Below are positions 60,326 through 64,000 of a DNA stretch of 64,000 nt, piece after piece. The translations under genes and the position numbers were made by a program. This DNA is from Armatimonadota bacterium (GTDB lineage: Bacteria > Armatimonadota > Fimbriimonadia > Fimbriimonadales > GBS-DC), in contig JBBIML010000012.1 of the NCBI GenBank assembly GCA_037444405.1, positions 1 through 64,000 on the forward strand, given 5' to 3'. Each line of letters begins with the position of its first letter. Position 1 is the first letter of the stretch. Under the pieces are notes generated by a model. The model had not been told where the DNA came from and searched no databases. It saw only the letters and a list, made by a program, of their open reading frames with translations.

Positions 60326-61600
60326 TCAACACCCATCGCCGAAATTGAACAGCACCGTCAGCAGGTCGGCGTCGTCCACGATGCCGTCTTTATTGATGTC
60401 CTCGTGTCGAGTGGGTGGGCTGCCTGTGGTGCCAAACGCGAACAGTACGGCTAACAGGTCGGCGTCATCGATGCAGCCGTCGCCGTTGGTGTCGCCCGTG
60501 CGCCAGGTATCCAGCAGGAACGCCTCGTCAAACTGGGAAGTGGCATTATAGCCCCAGCCGACGATATAGCGTCCATCAGGCGAGATGGCGGTTGCCTCCC
60601 ACAGCTCGGAGCCGTTCGTCAGCAGGTCGGCATAGGTCAGCTCGAGGTTCTCCATTCCGCCCGTGATTGTCCAGCGAAACGCCCGCCACCGGTTGGCGCT
60701 ATTGCGCGACCTGCCCACGATAATCGCGCCGTCGGGGGAGATGTTGCGTGCTTCTGCTTCTCGTCCGCCCAGCGTGCCGAGGTCCTGCATGCCTGTCTCC
60801 GCCGTCCAACGGAAGGCACGCCACCGCCCGCTGCTGTCGCGCGACCTGCCAGCGACAACCTGTCCAGACGCGCTGGCGTCATGCGCCTCGCTCCATGTGC
60901 CGCCCAGCGTGCCGAGGTCCTGCATGCCTGTCTCCGCCGTCCAGAGAAAGGCGCGCCATTGGCTCGCGGCGTTGCGGGCGCGTCCCACGATGGCTGCACC
61001 GTCGGGCGAGATTGCGAAGGCTTCGCTGGAGGTGCCCCCCGCCAGCGTGCCCAGCTCCTCTATCTGCCCGTCGGGCAGCCAGCGCACCGCCCGCGACAGA
61101 CCCGCGCTGTTGGCAGACCAGCCGACAATGATAGAGCCGTCCGCCGAAATGTCCGCGGCGGCTGCCCACTGACCACCTGGCAGGGTACCGAGGTCCTCCA
61201 GCCCCGTCGCCTCGGTCCAGCGAAAGGCGCGCATCCGATCCTGACTGTCCACCGAGTATCCGACCATGACGGCGCCATCCCATGAGACTCCGTACGCCTC
61301 GGTGCTGACCCCGCCGAAGGTGCCAGGGTCACGCATACCCTCATCGCGCGTCCAGCGAAATGCCCGGAACAGGGGCGGAGCCGATACCCAGCCAACCACC
61401 ACTGAACCATCCGCCGAGACATCCCATGCCCCGCTCTGGAAACCGTCTGGCAAAACACCCAGCCAGAGCAGCTGCTGGGCGCTCGCCGGGAGTATGACCA
61501 GGCTTAAGCAGATTACAGTCGTCCCGTGTCGCAATCGGCTGAATGCCCCGGTTTTGCCGCAGCTCACCCGGGCAGTCCCCAGAATCCATGCACACCTCAT
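60326..61600 (-). CDS. Secreted HAF-repeat beta-propeller protein with dockerin-like tail
   Basis: RAFRWT...G..DLGTLGG repeats; tail GDTNGDGCIDDADLL..EDINKDGIVDDADLL..FNFGDGC. Confidence 0.87.
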   Translation of the reverse strand: MRCAWILGTARVSCGKTGAFSRLRHGTTVICLSLVILPASAQQLLWLGVLPDGFQSGAWDVSADGSVVVGWVSAPPLFRAFRWTRDEGMRDPGTFGGVSTEAYGVSWDGAVMVGYSVDSQDRMRAFRWTEATGLEDLGTLPGGQWAAAADISADGSIIVGWSANSAGLSRAVRWLPDGQIEELGTLAGGTSSEAFAISPDGAAIVGRARNAASQWRAFLWTAETGMQDLGTLGGTWSEAHDASASGQVVAGRSRDSSGRWRAFRWTAETGMQDLGTLGGREAEARNISPDGAIIVGRSRNSANRWRAFRWTITGGMENLELTYADLLTNGSELWEATAISPDGRYIVGWGYNATSQFDEAFLLDTWRTGDTNGDGCIDDADLLAVLFAFGTTGSPPTRHEDINKDGIVDDADLLTVLFNFGDGC

Positions 61601-61733
61601 TGTGAGCCTCCTTCCGTGGGGCGGCTGATGTCCACCCCGTCTCTATCATTATACGCCCGATTTTGCGAATCTCCTGCATTAATCCGGGCACGAGTTGCAG
61701 GAACTTCATGCGTGGGGCGCGAATCTAAAAAGT

Positions 61734-62768
61734 ATGCCTGTGGTGCTGAAGCGTGCAGAATCGGCGGTGCCAGCGCTGGCGTTTCGGGAGCTGGTGGGGG
61801 TTGACCTGCGGGATCGGGCGCGGATTCGACGCCTGATTCCGCGTGCAGGTCAGCCGTGGCGCTCGGTGCCGCCTGTGAACGCCTACGAGCTGGAAGCCCG
61901 CTGTGAGTGGCTCAGCCGGCGCAGTATCAAAAAAGAGGGCAAGCTGTTCGCCCTGCGGCTTGCCGTGTCCATGTGCGATCTGACGACGCTGGAGGGTCAG
62001 GACACGGTGGAGAAGGTGCGTCGGCTGTGCGCCCGCGCCGCGAACCCTTACACCCCGCGCGAGGGCATGCCGCCGCAGGAGGTCGCCCGCGTGCCCCATG
62101 TGGCGGCGGTGTGCGTCTATCCGCCCTTTATCGCGGTTGCCAAAGAGGCGCTGCAGGGCACAGGCGTGAAGGTGGCAGCCGTCGGCACCGCGTTCCCGTC
62201 GGGGCAGTACCCCTTCCGCCTGCGCCTCGCCGATGTCAAATGGGCGATTCGCGAAGGCGCCGATGAGATCGACATGGTCATCAATCGCGGGCTGTTCCTG
62301 CAGGGCGAGTATCGGCGCGTGTTCGACGAAATCGCCCGCATCAAGGACGCCTGCGGCGAGCGCGTCCACCTGAAGGTGATACTGGAGACGGGCGAGCTGG
62401 GCAGCTACGACAACATCCGCAAAGCCGCCCACATCGCGCTGATGGCGGGCGCCGACTTCATCAAGACCAGCACGGGCAAGATTCAGCCCGCCGCCACACT
62501 GCCCGCCACGCTGGTGATGCTGGAAGCCATTCGCGACTTCTATGACGCCACTGGACGCGCCGTCGGCATGAAGCCTGCAGGCGGGATCCGCACCGCCAAA
62601 GACGCCATCCGCTACCTGGTGCTTCTGCACGAAACGCTCGGAGCCGACTGGCTCACGCCCGAACGGTTCCGATTCGGCGCCAGCGCCCTGCTGAACGACC
62701 TGCTGGCGCAGATTGTGAAGCAGATCACGGGCGCCTACCGCGCCGCCGACGAATTCTCCTGTGACTGA
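61734..62768 (+). CDS. deoC: Deoxyribose-phosphate aldolase
   Basis: DLTTLEG.D, AAVCVYP, GADEIDMVI, LKVILETGEL, GADFIKTSTGK, KPAGGIR, FRFGAS. Confidence 0.93.
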   Translation: MPVVLKRAESAVPALAFRELVGVDLRDRARIRRLIPRAGQPWRSVPPVNAYELEARCEWLSRRSIKKEGKLFALRLAVSMCDLTTLEGQDTVEKVRRLCARAANPYTPREGMPPQEVARVPHVAAVCVYPPFIAVAKEALQGTGVKVAAVGTAFPSGQYPFRLRLADVKWAIREGADEIDMVINRGLFLQGEYRRVFDEIARIKDACGERVHLKVILETGELGSYDNIRKAAHIALMAGADFIKTSTGKIQPAATLPATLVMLEAIRDFYDATGRAVGMKPAGGIRTAKDAIRYLVLLHETLGADWLTPERFRFGASALLNDLLAQIVKQITGAYRAADEFSCD

Positions 62769-62792
62769 CCACCAGAGGGCAGGTGAACGAAC

Positions 62793-63557
62793 ATGACAGG
62801 GCAAACGGGCAAGGTGCTGATAGAGGTCGATCTCTCCGATCTGGTTCTGCCGCCAACGGACTTGCCTGAGGAGGACGACACCCCGATAGAGACTGCATGG
62901 CATCGAGTGCAAACGGATTTGCTCATCGAGTCGCTGCTTTACTACTGGCGCGATCGGAACGACTTTTTCGTGGATGGCAACATGTTTCTCTATTACAGCA
63001 CGGAGCAGGCGCAAAGCATTCTGGAAAACCGCCCCGCCTACAAGGGACCCGACTTCTTCGTGGTGAAGGACATCGACGGCAGCCAGCCGCGCGACAAGTG
63101 GATGGTGTGGGCGGAAGGTGGTCGCTACCCGGACCTGATTATCGAGTTCCTGTCGCCCACCACCGCCGAGCGCGATAAAACCGAGAAGAAACGGCTCTAC
63201 GAGCAGGTGTTCGGCACCGAGGAGTATTTTTGGTACGATCCGCTCACGCGCGAGCTGGTGGGCTTCGAGCTGGTGCGCGGACATTACGAGCCAAAGCAGC
63301 CGAACGAGCGCGGCTGGCTCTGGAGCGAGGTGCTGGAGGCATGGCTGGGCATCTGGGAAGGCGAATATCAGCGTCGACAGCTGGCATGGCTGCGGATGTA
63401 TGATCGGGAGGGCAACCTTGTGCCCACGCCCGCCGAAGCCGCCCAGCAGATAGCCGAAGCTGAGCGCCAGCGTGCCGAACGCGCCGAAGCCGAACTCCAG
63501 CGACTCAAAGCCCTGCTCCAGCAGCAGGGAATCGCTATCGAGGAACACAATGACTGA
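62793..63557 (+). CDS. Uma2-family putative endonuclease
   Basis: ETAWH, GPDFFVV, PDLIIEFLSP.T, EYFWYDP. Confidence 0.9.
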   Translation: MTGQTGKVLIEVDLSDLVLPPTDLPEEDDTPIETAWHRVQTDLLIESLLYYWRDRNDFFVDGNMFLYYSTEQAQSILENRPAYKGPDFFVVKDIDGSQPRDKWMVWAEGGRYPDLIIEFLSPTTAERDKTEKKRLYEQVFGTEEYFWYDPLTRELVGFELVRGHYEPKQPNERGWLWSEVLEAWLGIWEGEYQRRQLAWLRMYDREGNLVPTPAEAAQQIAEAERQRAERAEAELQRLKALLQQQGIAIEEHND

Positions 63558-63650
63558 CCATCCAGTCAAAAATGCTGGCTCCGTCAGGCAGGAGAAGCAT
63601 CCTGCGCGGTGTATAATAGAGTGACATACTCACTGCGGAGGTTGACAACG

Positions 63651-64000
63651 ATGAGGCAGAGCAATCAGTGCAAAGGCTTTACTTTGATCGAGCTGCTGGT
63701 CGTGATCGCAATTATTGCGATATTGGCGGCGATCCTGTTCCCGGTGTTTGCCCAGGCGCGCGAAAAGGCGCGCCAGACCCAGTGCATGAACAACCTGAAA
63801 CAGATGGCAATCGCCACGCTGGGCTATATCCAGGACTATGACGAGAAGTTCCCGATGGCGGTCTATGCACCTGCCTATGGTGGAAGCAATGTGCCAGCCA
63901 ACCAGCCCTGTGCCTTCACCCTGTTTGATGCCATCTTGCCCTATGTCAAGAACTACGATATCGTTAAGTGCCCGTCCGAACCCAACGCGCTGTACCTCAA
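63651..64000 (+). CDS. Prepilin-type N-terminal cleavage/methylation protein (DUF1559-like), partial
   Basis: Own translation: [51 protein letters not shown]...[16 protein letters not shown] and GGAGG upstream. Confidence 0.92.
   Translation, partial: MRQSNQCKGFTLIELLVVIAIIAILAAILFPVFAQAREKARQTQCMNNLKQMAIATLGYIQDYDEKFPMAVYAPAYGGSNVPANQPCAFTLFDAILPYVKNYDIVKCPSEPNALYL

Noticed and set aside
59511..63557. Complete restriction-modification system (MTase plus Uma2 nuclease)
   Set aside because: The genes are not adjacent, and Uma2 paralogs are dispersed (also at 7716) and not known as cognate restriction enzymes.
61725..63569. 614-aa minus-strand ORF
   Set aside because: Antisense shadow of deoC and Uma2.

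Overview
GC-rich bacterial chromosomal window. The DUF1559-type prepilin gene, the Cys-ended dockerin-like tails and the double-HTH XRE regulators suggest Armatimonadota (inference). 1-34.8 kb is mostly housekeeping: TIGR00300 protein, M16 protease, Kef antiporter, tsaB, secA, a 2-oxoacid:ferredoxin oxidoreductase operon led by a GltD-like/ferredoxin fusion, fliM-N-O-P, tatC, a PhoB/PhoR-like pair split by an orphan M.TaqI-like methyltransferase, flagellin, a REC-PilZ protein and a GT9. 34.9-50.4 kb is an accessory island with three paralogous HTH-HTH-TPR-like regulators. They are interleaved with secreted HAF-repeat and adhesin-like proteins that share a C-terminal dockerin-like '...FGxGC' tail, with S74-chaperone fibre remnants, and with several internally deleted pseudogenes. 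50.5-59.5 kb is a copper/heavy-metal operon (HMA, CopB-type ATPase, RND) led by a CxxC/RAPP uORF whose last codons pair perfectly (12 bp) with the next gene's Shine-Dalgarno; a PIN toxin-antitoxin pair interrupts it. The window ends with a beta-class MTase, another HAF/dockerin gene, deoC, Uma2 and a partial prepilin gene. Palindromic repeat elements occur both between genes and in frame inside proteins. I found no rRNA, tRNA, CRISPR array or transposase.
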